The position numbers and the translations under genes are program-made. From Promethearchaeota archaeon (GTDB lineage Archaea > Asgardarchaeota > Lokiarchaeia > Sigyniarchaeales > SOKP01): a stretch of 64,000 nucleotides of DNA. The notes under the pieces are model-generated. The model was not told the DNA's origin and did no database searches. It was given only the letters and a program-made list of their open reading frames with translations. The stretch spans positions 1 through 64,000 of the forward strand of contig JAUVXW010000019.1 in NCBI GenBank assembly GCA_030603385.1, written 5' to 3'. This document shows, piece after piece, positions 1-8,631 of this stretch. Each line of letters starts with the position of its first letter. The first letter of the stretch is position 1.

Positions 1-731
1 ACTACTGCCGCCTTCCATTCACCCATCAGCCATTTCACTGTGATCCCATTTGTTGGTAAATAAAAGTTAATAGGAAAATTTCCGTGAAAACGCAGATCGA
101 GATCTGTCGAAGCTACATTGAAAATGGGTTGAGTATATCCTTCCAAGATAACAATTTCTCCACAATGTTGGCATTCATAATGAGATTTCATTTTATTCAT
201 TTTTTGTGCGTATTTTGGACAAGTTCTATTTTCAATAATTCTATATTTAATGATTTCTAATTTTTTTTCTTTTTCTAAGTCCTGTTTTGTTTTTGGCTCC
301 TTTTTTTCATATTTTCCTTCCCAACCCCAAAATTCATCAAAAGAATCCTCAATTTTTTCTAAAGTAATAATCAAATTATTAAGAACATCTTTATCATAGA
401 TTTTAAACATACCTGCATGCTGATAATTCTTCCACCAAGATAATCTAACATATTTCTCATTTGTTAAGTAAGCGCTATGACAAATTAATACAGCAAATAA
501 CCGATTTTCTGTTTTGTTTACTGTTATTCCTTTCTCACAAATTTCATATTGTTTATTTAAACTTGCATTTTTATGAAAATACTCCCCCTCTTGAAATTCA
601 CCTTTTTCTACTCTAGATTTATCCTGTGCAATTTCTTTATCCTTTTCTTTAACTATTTTTTTACATTGAGGACATTGAAAAATACCAGCAACTAATGACT
701 CCATTTCTACATTACATGCAGGACACTTCAA
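1..731 (-). CDS. Zinc-ribbon hypothetical protein, truncated by the window edge (not in the ORF track)
   Basis: Manual translation from TTG at 731: MKCPACNVEMESLVAGIFQCPQCKK...RTCPKYAQKM...YECQHCG..., open to position 1; starts 2 nt after the stop of 734..1834. Confidence 0.8.
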   Translation of the reverse strand, partial: MKCPACNVEMESLVAGIFQCPQCKKIVKEKDKEIAQDKSRVEKGEFQEGEYFHKNASLNKQYEICEKGITVNKTENRLFAVLICHSAYLTNEKYVRLSWWKNYQHAGMFKIYDKDVLNNLIITLEKIEDSFDEFWGWEGKYEKKEPKTKQDLEKEKKLEIIKYRIIENRTCPKYAQKMNKMKSHYECQHCGEIVILEGYTQPIFNVASTDLDLRFHGNFPINFYLPTNGITVKWLMGEWKAAV

Positions 732-733
732 AA

Positions 734-1834
734 TTAATCTTCACTGCTAGTTATTATTAATCTTTCATAATCTAAATTTAATAATTTTATTTCTTTCTTA
801 GTTACCTTTAAAGCTTCTTCATTAATATTCATTAACTCTTTTCTTAGGTTTACTAATGTTTCCTGTATAAAGTCTAATGTGTTATCTTCATTATAAGTAA
901 CCTGTTCAATAAATTCAAGGTATTTGAATTTTTTATTCTTACCCGAATAATAATTTTTTAAATCAACGATTTTCTTTTCAATTTGAGCCATCTGATATCT
1001 AATTTTTAGTAAAAAGACTAACTTGGAGTTCCATTCTTTAAATAAAGTATCTTGTTTATTTATATTATCAAAATTAAATTTATCAGGCAGCGCAACGTTC
1101 TTTTCTTTTAGATACTTTATAATATCCTTATTTTCCTCCATTGCTTGATTGATTTTTTTTAAAACAAGTTTTGTATTTAAAATTGGGTCAAAAATTTTTA
1201 TGAATTCATTAACTTTTTCCTCAATTTCCTTAAATCTTTGATAAAAACCTTCTATGGTTATTTCTATTTTGATTGCTTGATAGATATTCCCGTATTGATC
1301 TAAAATATAATACAAATCATCTGCTAATGTATAATCATGTTCACCAATTTCATAAATTAATGAATGTATGACACTGCTTTTTTCACATCTTACGCCCTTT
1401 AATCTTGTGAGAGCCAAATTAAAATTTCTTCTTGTTAAAAACTTAAATTTCTTGTTAATTATTAAAAACAATGTATCATCTGGAACAGAAATAGTATCTT
1501 GTTCAATTGTTATCGTTTCTTCTCCTAATTTTATTATAAAATCATCATCTTTTTGTTCAAACTCTCTATTACTGCGAATATTTTTAATTAATCCTAAATC
1601 AATATAAATTTCAATAAATTCTTCATCCCAAAAATTAACGATGTTACTTTTATAAATATCATCTATGATTAGAATTCTTTCATAAGATTCTATGAGATTC
1701 TTATCACCTAAATTCTTAAATAAATCATTTCTAATTACATAAAGGAATAAAAGTATATATCTCATATCAACATCGTCCATGATGTTATCTATTAATTTTG
1801 CATCATCTTCCATCGTTAATCTTTTATGTTCCAT
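734..1834 (-). CDS. Hypothetical protein with a helical/coiled-coil C-terminal half
   Basis: 366-aa ORF with host-like composition; no recognised motif. Confidence 0.7.
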   Translation of the reverse strand: MEHKRLTMEDDAKLIDNIMDDVDMRYILLFLYVIRNDLFKNLGDKNLIESYERILIIDDIYKSNIVNFWDEEFIEIYIDLGLIKNIRSNREFEQKDDDFIIKLGEETITIEQDTISVPDDTLFLIINKKFKFLTRRNFNLALTRLKGVRCEKSSVIHSLIYEIGEHDYTLADDLYYILDQYGNIYQAIKIEITIEGFYQRFKEIEEKVNEFIKIFDPILNTKLVLKKINQAMEENKDIIKYLKEKNVALPDKFNFDNINKQDTLFKEWNSKLVFLLKIRYQMAQIEKKIVDLKNYYSGKNKKFKYLEFIEQVTYNEDNTLDFIQETLVNLRKELMNINEEALKVTKKEIKLLNLDYERLIITSSED

Positions 1835-2044
1835 ACCTAAAATCCACTCATTATTTTTTAAATTGCGAAAACGTTTCAGTTAAAAAGAGTAATATAACTA
1901 ATTAATCATTCCTAAAAAATTTTTCTAAATTCATTAAAACAAGTTATTATAAAAGCAAAAATTTTTAGTTCTTGTTTCTATTTAATTAATTAGAAATTTT
2001 GAATTCATTTTTATAAATAATATCAATTTTAGGAGATTATTAAT

Positions 2045-2654
2045 ATGGGACGTCGTAAAAGAAAACAAGCTGCACCAAAAAGGGTTAAAAGAGTACCTAA
2101 GATCTTCACCTGCCCAGATTGATAAAATTGATTCCCGATTTTTCATGGATTGCGGTGAAAAGAGTGTTAAAGTTACTGATATTAAGAAAAAAGGTGCTTT
2201 TGCAACCGTAAAGTGCGGAAATTGCAGTCTAACAAAACAGGTATTAGTTAATTCTATTTCAGAACCAGTTGATGCCTTTGGAGATTTTATAGATATTTTT
2301 TATGCAGATCAAGAGATCCAAAGGTTAGAGAAGCGAAATCATAAATTAAAAGATGAGAATGAATGGGGAGAACTTGCGTTTTCTTACTCAATTTTATCAG
2401 ATCTTTGCAAAACCAAAGCTGCAATATTATTGGAAGAAGAAGATGTTAACCTGGAAGAAGTGAATGATTGGAAAATAAGAAGTGAGTATTATAAAAACCT
2501 TGAAAAAGATGCGCTTTTGAAACTTGAAACGGATGAATTAGAGAGAGGAGTAAGAACAGATGAAGAATCATTATTCGCTGAAAGCGATACAAAAATAAAA
2601 AAAGAAAGAAAAATAGACGATATATTTGATGATCCCGGTTTTCTAGAATTTTAA
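2045..2654 (+). CDS. elf1: Transcription elongation factor Elf1 with a C-terminal acidic extension; spliced gene, join(2045..2119,2151..2654), 192 aa
   Basis: Exon 1 MGRRKRKQAAPKRVKRVPKIFTCPD plus exon 2 CGEKSVKV...VKCGNCSL...SEPVDAFGDFID gives the Elf1 signature (basic N-terminus, FTCPxC, CxxC, EPVD). SD-like AGGAGA at 2031-2036. Confidence 0.9.
2120..2150 (+). other. Candidate 31-nt bulge-helix-bulge-type intron in elf1 mRNA
   Basis: Exon-exon stem TTCACC(T)GC/GCGGTGAA; central helix CCAG/ATGG with one G.A; 3-nt bulges ATT at 2118-2120 and 2149-2151; inner hairpin GA(T)AAAATTG-ATTCC-CGATTTTTC. Cutting after the 2nd nt of each bulge restores the frame. Confidence 0.8.
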
Positions 2655-2849
2655 AAATAAATTCTTGTTTTCTCATGAATATAATATAATGTTAAAATTC
2701 CTAACTAATCATCCTATTTGATTTACTAAATATTCACTTTTAATTGAATATATGATTAAAAATAGGTTTTAACAATATATTTTTGATTGTTACATATAAA
2801 GTATTATCTACAAGAAACCTTAAAAAATAGGGTTTTTTAAGCACCTTAT

Positions 2850-3140
2850 TTAAATTCTAATTTTAACACCTAAATTAGTAAAAATTTCTTTAATCTTCAA
2901 AGTGTTTTCTAAGGGATTGCCCTGCAATGAAATAAGTTTTAAAGATCTTAAACTGTAAATAGACTCAGGAATTCTTTCTAATAAATTACTCCTAAGTCCT
3001 AAATTGTCTAAATTAGTGAGTTTGGTCAATTGTTCTGGAAAAGTTGAGATCTTGTTCCCCCCAAGGTCAAGAAATTGTAATAAATTCAAATTGCCAATCG
3101 TTTCAGGTATAATTTCTAGTTGATTATCATCCAAGCTCAA
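2850..3140 (-). pseudogene. Leucine-rich repeat protein C-terminal fragment, probably degraded
   Basis: About 4 LRR units (LxLxxNxLxxIPExIGNL); begins mid-repeat and the upstream frame hits a stop after about 15 codons. Confidence 0.6.
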
Positions 3141-3326
3141 GTGTTGAATATGTCTAATGAATTCTGTAATTTTAAAATTTAAGTGTTATATTAATTACTA
3201 AATCGATTCTAAAAGACTGTAAATTAAAAGAAAAAATTGACTTTCTTTGTAATAGAACTCATTAAATAATATCTCTTTTCTAAATAAATAATTTAATTCT
3301 TGGATTTTGGTTTGTGGTGAACCTAT

Positions 3327-3758
3327 TCAACCAGATGTGGATCTTCGCTTAGAAAACAGTTCTTTTAACTCTCCCATTATTGCCCCTCTCAGAGATACAG
3401 GACTTGCGGGTCTAGCAGGGGCAAGACCTCCAGGTGAACCCGGTGGACTTCCAGGTGCTGGTGGAACGCTTCTTGGTGGAGGACCAGGCGGACCAGATGG
3501 TGCCGCAGGTGCAGAGGCTGCTGGAGCTATTCCAGAACGTGATTTGAGCGCACTAATATCACTATTCACAGCATTTATTTGATTTTGCAAATTAGAAACA
3601 TTTGAATTGATACCTTGTAGGCTTTGGTCTACTAGATCTGGTATTTTTAGCACAATTTGCATTATCTTTTCAACAATTTCACCGAACGCATTTAATTTTT
3701 CTTCCATCGGTGCTTTTCTTGTACTATCTAAAAAAGAAGCAAATTCTTCTGCACACAT
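3327..3758 (-). CDS. Coiled-coil / polyproline / C-terminal amphipathic helix protein (nucleation-promoting-factor-like architecture)
   Basis: Heptad region, then PSGPPGPPPRSVPPAPGSPPGSP, then SLRGAIMGELKELFSKRR. Confidence 0.75.
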   Translation of the reverse strand: MCAEEFASFLDSTRKAPMEEKLNAFGEIVEKIMQIVLKIPDLVDQSLQGINSNVSNLQNQINAVNSDISALKSRSGIAPAASAPAAPSGPPGPPPRSVPPAPGSPPGSPGGLAPARPASPVSLRGAIMGELKELFSKRRSTSG

Positions 3759-3887
3759 TTTTCTACAATTTTTATAATTTCAAATATGATCTTACTATTA
3801 ATTATATAGATTTTTATTTAATAAATTTAAGTCTAAGCAAAGTAATGAAAATTTGATAATAATATAAAAAAAGAAGAATATATTTTT

Positions 3888-4511
3888 TTAACTTAATTCT
3901 GCTACGGTGTCTTTTAACTTAAGCCATAAGGCATTAATCTCATCCCTTACCTCTCTAAATTGATGGATTTTTTTAAGTAGAATATCACGAGCTCTATCGA
4001 AATCTCTTTGAACATCATTCAATTCTTGGTCAAGAACATTTAATTTATCACCGTCAATTAACTTATTTTTTACTTTTTCAACGTTTAAAGCTTTTTTTAT
4101 TACTAAAGATCTTTTATTTGCGACATCAGATAAAGCTTCTACAAATTCATCTTTTTTTGCAACTAAATATTCTTTTTGGACTGCTAAATCTTTGATTGCA
4201 TTCAAATATGTATTATTACCTTTAATGTACTCATCATTTTCTCTTATTATTTCTTGAAATAACTTCACTTCTTCATCCTTAATATTAGATCTATGTTCTC
4301 GAGCGAGTGTTTGCATTTGTTTCAAAACATCTCTAAAAGTCCGATTAAGCATTTCTCTTGTGTTATTTGCTTTTGAGATGTTTTCCGCATACTTTTTTTG
4401 GGAGCTGATCAGAGTACTTTGCGCTCTAGACAATTTTTTAAATTGCGAAACCAGCTCCTTCTCACTCTTGGCGAGTTCAAGTTCATCTGAATGCGTAATT
4501 ATAGGACACAT
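3888..4511 (-). CDS. All-helical coiled-coil protein, BAR-domain-like
   Basis: 207 aa of long amphipathic helices; the C-terminal KKALNVEKVKNKLIDGDKLNVLDQELNDVQRDFDRARDILLKKIHQFREVR resembles helices 2-3 of SNX/Vps5 BAR domains (by eye). Confidence 0.6.
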   Translation of the reverse strand: MCPIITHSDELELAKSEKELVSQFKKLSRAQSTLISSQKKYAENISKANNTREMLNRTFRDVLKQMQTLAREHRSNIKDEEVKLFQEIIRENDEYIKGNNTYLNAIKDLAVQKEYLVAKKDEFVEALSDVANKRSLVIKKALNVEKVKNKLIDGDKLNVLDQELNDVQRDFDRARDILLKKIHQFREVRDEINALWLKLKDTVAELS

Positions 4512-4598
4512 AGATTTCTAAATCTCCTATGTAATATAATTTTTTTTTTATTCTATAGTATATAAATCCTTCTGATAAAATATTAATGGCGATTCAAG

Positions 4599-6308
4599 TT
4601 ATAAATAATTATCCATCTTTTTCTGATCATCTTTAGTATTATAAAATTTATTATAGTCTATTTCTGGAATATTTGCTAATTTCTGATTTGATAGGTGTTC
4701 ACATTGGTTAGTTATATATTGTTGCATATTATTAGGACTGATAAAATAAGGTACTTGAATTAATGTAACATCATTTTGTTTACATAGTTCTAGTTTTCTT
4801 AGATCATCTCTAATTCTTTGTTCTAAGTCGTCTAAAGTCTGGTTAAAATGTGGTACAGCGCGATAATGCTGTTCACCTTGAGCTTCAAATGCCAACTTTA
4901 AATCTTTATTATAACCATCTAATTCCATTTGATTACCTCGAGAATTTACTAGCCAATTTGGTCGTTCCTTTGGGAATTCTTTTTGAAAAATTTCTTCGAA
5001 GAACTTCCTTGATAATCTTTCAAATTTTCCTTGAGAACATTGAGGACACCAATCCCCTCTTATAAAGTTTGATGGGGCGCTTTTAAATATATGGTTCTCA
5101 CTGCATAGTATTTTCAAATTTTGATGTTGATTTTTGTAGTCTTCTGGTTTAGTAAGACACTTACCTCCCCTTTTCTCAATTAGATTTTGAATATCTTTGA
5201 ATGATCCTCTAAGTTTTTCGCCTATAACTTTATAACTGCACTCCCTACACCATTTTCCTTGTTTTAGGTCTTGAGCTCTAGTAGTAAATTTATGGTCGGC
5301 TTTACATCTAATTTCGAATCTTGTTCTTTGATTAAACAGCTTTTCTTTAGGGTTCTCATAGATGACTTTAATTAGTCTACCCCCCTTTTCTGTAATAATT
5401 TTTTTATGATCTCCAACAGAACCTCTCTGAGTATCCACTCGTTGTTTAACTGCACATTTCGGACACCAACTTTTTTTATTTATAATTGTATCTACACTTG
5501 TTTTCCAAGAATGGTTGCATTTTCCGCATTGGTATGACAATTTCGATTTGACAGTTTTAAATTCTTCGGGTTTTGATAAAATTTTTCCAGGTACTCCAGT
5601 TCTATTTATACTATTTGTTTTAACAATTTTTTCTACGTCTTTAAAAGTATATTTCTTCATGAGTTCTTTATATTTTTCTTCCCCCATCAGTTGCTTCATT
5701 CTGGTTTTCATAGTCGAAATTGAAGGGACTTTTTTACCTTCTTCGTGTAAATGATTACGGACTCTCTCGAGACTTTTGTATTGCTTGTATTGCTGGATCC
5801 AATCTCTGACATGTTTCTCCGAATATCTTCGCCTAGTTAAGCCCTTCGCAGGATCTTGGATTATGTTTTTTGGTAGCAGAGAAGGGCTATTATCTATACT
5901 TGAGGGATCATTTTTGTGCCCTAATGATGGATTCTTTGGTTCCTTCAGTGTTTTTGAGGGATCATTCTGAGGTCCCAATGCAAGGTTCTTTAACTCCTTC
6001 GGTGTTTTTAAAGGATTATTTTGAGGTTTTATTGCTAAATCCCTTGGTTCCTTCAGTGTTTTTGAGGGATCATTCTGAGGTCCCAATGCAAGGTTCTTTA
6101 ACTCCTTTGGTGTTTTTGAGGGATCATTTTGAGGTCTTATTGCTAAATCTCTTGGATTCTTCAGAGTTTTTGAAGGTTCATCCTTAGATCTTGATAAGGG
6201 ATTTAATGAACCTTGTTTTGGTTCAGGTTCTACTTTTGATAAGCTCTTGTCTGATTCTTTTTCAGGTTTCCGAGTTGGTTTAGCGTGTTCTGATAATTTT
6301 GAATCCAT
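4599..6308 (-). CDS. Putative endonuclease: repeat-rich N-terminus, HTH-like segment, three zinc-ribbon repeats, C-terminal PD-(D/E)xK/Vsr-like nuclease
   Basis: C..H.[WF]...WC..C units x3; ELDGYNKDLKLAFEAQGEQHY...DLRKLELCKQNDVTLIQVPY. Confidence 0.7.
   Translation of the reverse strand: MDSKLSEHAKPTRKPEKESDKSLSKVEPEPKQGSLNPLSRSKDEPSKTLKNPRDLAIRPQNDPSKTPKELKNLALGPQNDPSKTLKEPRDLAIKPQNNPLKTPKELKNLALGPQNDPSKTLKEPKNPSLGHKNDPSSIDNSPSLLPKNIIQDPAKGLTRRRYSEKHVRDWIQQYKQYKSLERVRNHLHEEGKKVPSISTMKTRMKQLMGEEKYKELMKKYTFKDVEKIVKTNSINRTGVPGKILSKPEEFKTVKSKLSYQCGKCNHSWKTSVDTIINKKSWCPKCAVKQRVDTQRGSVGDHKKIITEKGGRLIKVIYENPKEKLFNQRTRFEIRCKADHKFTTRAQDLKQGKWCRECSYKVIGEKLRGSFKDIQNLIEKRGGKCLTKPEDYKNQHQNLKILCSENHIFKSAPSNFIRGDWCPQCSQGKFERLSRKFFEEIFQKEFPKERPNWLVNSRGNQMELDGYNKDLKLAFEAQGEQHYRAVPHFNQTLDDLEQRIRDDLRKLELCKQNDVTLIQVPYFISPNNMQQYITNQCEHLSNQKLANIPEIDYNKFYNTKDDQKKMDNYL
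5900..6185 (-). repeat. Intragenic 54-bp (18-aa) tandem repeat with a 108-bp higher-order period
   Basis: PQNDPSKTPKELKNLALG / PQNDPSKTLKEPRDLAIK units, about 5 copies; DNA ggttccttcagtgtttttgagggatcattctgaggtcccaatgcaaggttctttaactcc occurs twice, 108 nt apart. Confidence 0.9.
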
Positions 6309-6336
6309 TATGTTTTCCTCACTTTTATTTCAATTT

Positions 6337-8316
6337 CTATATATTTAAAGTTCGAATAGCATATTTTTCTCCTGTAGCTCCGTTAAGTATGAGTGCATTA
6401 CGGAATTTTTGACGAGTGAGTTTTTTTTGCTCTTCCATTGTTAGTGCATTAAATAGTTTACTACTGGAGCCATCTAGTCGGAATAAAATTTTAAGGCTGG
6501 GAGAAGTTGCTACATCATCAAAAAGTTTGTGAGGTTCTTGATCGGCTATGATGAAGGCTAATCCTCGTGCTCGAAATTCATTTAAGAGGTTTTTAAATAC
6601 TTTTTCTAACTGATCTCTTGTGATTGCTTCTACATCATAATAATGAGGAGAAATTTTTGCTCGTTCCATAATTTGATGAGCTTCATCAATCACAATAAGA
6701 TTTTTAAGTTGATCAGTATCGCTTACGCGTGGGGCTAGTGCAATTATCATCTGCAGTAAGGCGCTCACAATTAATCTTTTTGCATCAATGCTACACATTG
6801 ACATATCAAGGAAAATCTTTTTTCCTTTTCTCCATTCATTATACCAAGAAGGTAACTCATGTGTTAATTCTACGGTTTTCTGTAAATTGATATCACCTAA
6901 AACCCTATATACACGGTCTTTTATCAATTGAGTAATATCTTTCTGGAATTTATCATGATAAGGATGCTCTTCAAACCAGTCCAATAATCCCCCATATAAT
7001 TCCCCTAATTGCTTGGGTATCTTATCTGCACCATAATTCTGCATAACATTAATTAAATTAGTTTCCACTACGCGTATTCCAACAATTGCAGCCAAATAAG
7101 TAGCCGTATCAAAAATACATTGCCTAACATCAGGACCTTTTACGAAATAAGGTACACCAAATTCTTTATACCTCAGAATGATATCTGATTTATAATAAAT
7201 ATCTTGGTTTCGTTTATTTCCTAAATAAACCGTCAAAATTCCAATATCAGGGCATTTTTCATAAAATTCATGTTGGATCTGACAGATTTCTCGGGTTTTT
7301 CCTGCCCCACTCACCCCTCCAATGAACATGCTTAATGAAAAGTGATTTTTATCAATAAATGCGTATTGATTATTTACAACCCCTTGCTCAATAACTTTTC
7401 CAACACAGATAAAATTTTCGTTTTCTTTTGAAATAGGATAAGAAATAATATTTGTATCATCCCACATTAATGGTTTCGTCAATCCTGAATACTTTGGAAA
7501 GTTAAAATCGAGCATTTTAGGTTTTAGGTAATAAAATTGTAGCTCTTCTGGAATGGAATCCCATATTATGTGATATTGCTTTCCTGTGAGTTTATTATCT
7601 TCATTTCTAATAAACACATTCCCATTTAAAATCCGTCTTTGTGTGTTCCGAGGGGCAAATTTAAAATAAGCACGTTCATTAGTTGCGTCATAAATATCCA
7701 TTGTTAAGAATTCCAATTGATCTTGGATAAGATCTTTATTAAGTAGATTATTATTGCTCTTGAAATAGAAACCAAAATATATTTTTACTTTAAACAAATC
7801 ATTAATAGGAATTCTATATCTTTGACCCCTTTCAAGAGCATCATCTTTTTGCCAGAGGATATAAAGCGTTGAAATCTGGTCTTTTTTTCTATTTTTTCGG
7901 AAATTATGAATAAACTCTTTAATTAAGGCGAATTTCCCCGTATTAATTAAGATCATTTTTGGAATTACCAATTCATAAAGGGTGAATTCTTGATATACAA
8001 ATCCTGAATAAATAGGTAATGTTATTAATGTACCCGTAAGCCCTGGAAACAACTTTTCTAAATACAATAATAGCGAATTTCCTTTATTATTCGCTTCTTG
8101 CTCATTTTCTGCTCTTAAAAAGAACTTCCAGTTTAATTTTTCACCATCTGTGCTTAGTTCAAGTCCATATACTGTTAAATCCCGAAAATAATTGCGTAAC
8201 CACGTTTTTGGTATCTCTATATTAACTCTGGTTTCATAATCGAAAATAACTTCTCTCTCTTGGTTTATTGGCCCTTGTTCAAGGATCACTTGTGCTAAAT
8301 AAAACTCAACTTCCAT
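6337..8316 (-). CDS. HerA/FtsK/VirB4-superfamily P-loop ATPase with an uncharacterised N-terminal domain
   Basis: Walker A GVSGAGKT, Walker B LIVIDEAH, EFRARGLAFIIADQEP and KILFRL motifs typical of DUF87/HerA-like ATPases. Confidence 0.8.
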   Translation of the reverse strand: MEVEFYLAQVILEQGPINQEREVIFDYETRVNIEIPKTWLRNYFRDLTVYGLELSTDGEKLNWKFFLRAENEQEANNKGNSLLLYLEKLFPGLTGTLITLPIYSGFVYQEFTLYELVIPKMILINTGKFALIKEFIHNFRKNRKKDQISTLYILWQKDDALERGQRYRIPINDLFKVKIYFGFYFKSNNNLLNKDLIQDQLEFLTMDIYDATNERAYFKFAPRNTQRRILNGNVFIRNEDNKLTGKQYHIIWDSIPEELQFYYLKPKMLDFNFPKYSGLTKPLMWDDTNIISYPISKENENFICVGKVIEQGVVNNQYAFIDKNHFSLSMFIGGVSGAGKTREICQIQHEFYEKCPDIGILTVYLGNKRNQDIYYKSDIILRYKEFGVPYFVKGPDVRQCIFDTATYLAAIVGIRVVETNLINVMQNYGADKIPKQLGELYGGLLDWFEEHPYHDKFQKDITQLIKDRVYRVLGDINLQKTVELTHELPSWYNEWRKGKKIFLDMSMCSIDAKRLIVSALLQMIIALAPRVSDTDQLKNLIVIDEAHQIMERAKISPHYYDVEAITRDQLEKVFKNLLNEFRARGLAFIIADQEPHKLFDDVATSPSLKILFRLDGSSSKLFNALTMEEQKKLTRQKFRNALILNGATGEKYAIRTLNI

Positions 8317-8489
8317 AAAGATTACTCATTTATTTATTAATCCTAAATTTTAATTGATGTATTGATAAGATAAATTTTTAATAATTGGAATTGTTTTTAT
8401 TACCATTTTCTTTAAAAATTTTAATATTGATAAATCAGGATCAGTTGATTTTATTTAAAGAAAAAACATAAAATGAATAAAAAATTCAG

Positions 8490-8573
8490 TGTCTTCCAAG
8501 TAGTTGAGTTCTTATATCTGGCTGTAACACTTTACAAAGCGGAGTCAGAATTAGAAATTCACCAATGGATACA
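8490..8573 (+). ncRNA. Candidate structured intergenic RNA (long imperfect hairpin), function unknown
   Basis: Nested pairings TGTCTTCCA/TGGATACA, TGAGTTCT/AGAAATTCA and TCTGGCT/AGTCAGA; G.U pairs favour the + strand. Confidence 0.3.
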
Positions 8574-8631
8574 AATTTAGGATCTAGGTCAAACTGTATT
8601 TTGATTTATATAATTATTTTAATATTTAAGT

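Noticed and set aside
2120-2125. TGA in elf1 read as selenocysteine (CPDU)
   Set aside because: It is followed immediately by TAA and the rest of Elf1 is in another frame, so recoding cannot restore the protein; no SECIS-like element seen.
2145-2654. ORF-track 169-aa protein as a complete gene
   Set aside because: Its ATG lies inside the insert, and the product lacks the basic N-terminus and the first zinc-ligand Cys of Elf1.
3307-3582. Gly/Pro-rich + strand ORF
   Set aside because: Antisense shadow of the GC-rich polyproline gene.
5900-6185. CRISPR array
   Set aside because: The repeats are contiguous, in-frame coding units with no unique spacers and no cas genes.
4560-8630. Terminal inverted or direct repeats bounding the ATPase-nuclease pair
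   Set aside because: Only short AT-rich partial matches, expected by chance.
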